A stretch of DNA of 64,000 nt from Anaeramoeba ignava BMAN (taxonomy: Eukaryota; Protista; Anaeramoebae): positions 372,001-436,000 of the forward strand of contig JAPDFW010000055.1 in the NCBI GenBank assembly GCA_028826165.1, given 5' to 3'. This document shows, piece after piece, positions 63,801 to 64,000 of this stretch (positions within the stretch are counted from its first letter, which is position 1; each line of letters begins with the position of its first letter). The notes below the pieces were generated by a model. That model was not told the origin of the DNA. It was given only the letters and a program-made list of their open reading frames with translations, and did no database searches. A program made the translations under genes and the position numbers.

Positions 63801-64000
63801 ACAAATTATGATATTGATTTTCAACATGAACCATTCGATTTAGTTGTTTTTGTGAATGGAATTCCAGCAACAAGTGAAGTTTTTATCAATTTAAAATTCT
63901 CTAATCAAAGTCTACATTTAAATGTAACTTGGGATACTTCAGAATCTTTCACTTCAGGAAATAACAGAGTAACTCATCAACCAACAATGAGAATTACTGA
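60875..64000 (+). CDS. Large multi-exon membrane-anchored protein with Ig-like beta-sandwich repeats, truncated by window end
   Basis: N-terminal TM segment TMTILFLASFFIFTFGIAIRYLL; repeated motifs SDQDGIVKFSDI, TDELGNAIFTDL, TDQNGFAL; short GT-AG introns. Confidence 0.7.

Noticed and set aside
1-64000. Inteins, tRNA/rRNA genes, viral or prokaryotic inserts
   Set aside because: No Hint-domain splice motifs, structured GC-rich RNA segments or prokaryote-like operons were recognisable by eye; small ncRNAs cannot be excluded without a covariance search

Overview
Extremely AT-rich eukaryotic (protist) genomic DNA in the standard genetic code, with GT-AG spliceosomal introns often inflated by microsatellites. 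The BTB-TLDc and RCC1-BTB genes, N/Q-rich inserts, TSET subunit and Inr-like promoter motif suggest an Anaeramoeba-like metamonad; this is inference, not a database result. About 18 host genes are recognisable: BTB-TLDc, USP5/13, a tandem di-ubiquitin-like protein, two RCC1-BTB paralogues, FYVE-ARM, CTL/SLC44, bZIP, RalGAP-alpha-like, TPLATE, UVRAG, an orphan N/Q-rich protein, Beclin-1, RPL18a, C12orf57/C10, talin-like-RhoGAP-SH3, a cationic 27-aa-repeat protein and a large Ig-like membrane protein running off the end. There is also one full-length pogo-type DNA transposon with TIRs and a TA duplication. Many genes have single-base frameshifts in homopolymers and two regions look like consensus chimeras, so assembly error is likely. 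Best leads: (1) a non-canonical two-unit ubiquitin-like modifier precursor head-to-head with USP5 across a 143-bp A/B satellite; (2) Beclin-1 and UVRAG (PI3K-III complex II partners) flanking an orphan with a coiled coil and three KLxxFFG[DE]xP motifs, inside a 39-kb co-oriented block; (3) a RalGAP-alpha lacking its catalytic Asn; (4) the cationic amphipathic 27-aa repeat protein; (5) a CTL gene with a missing conserved exon. All family calls come from recalled motifs, not searches.
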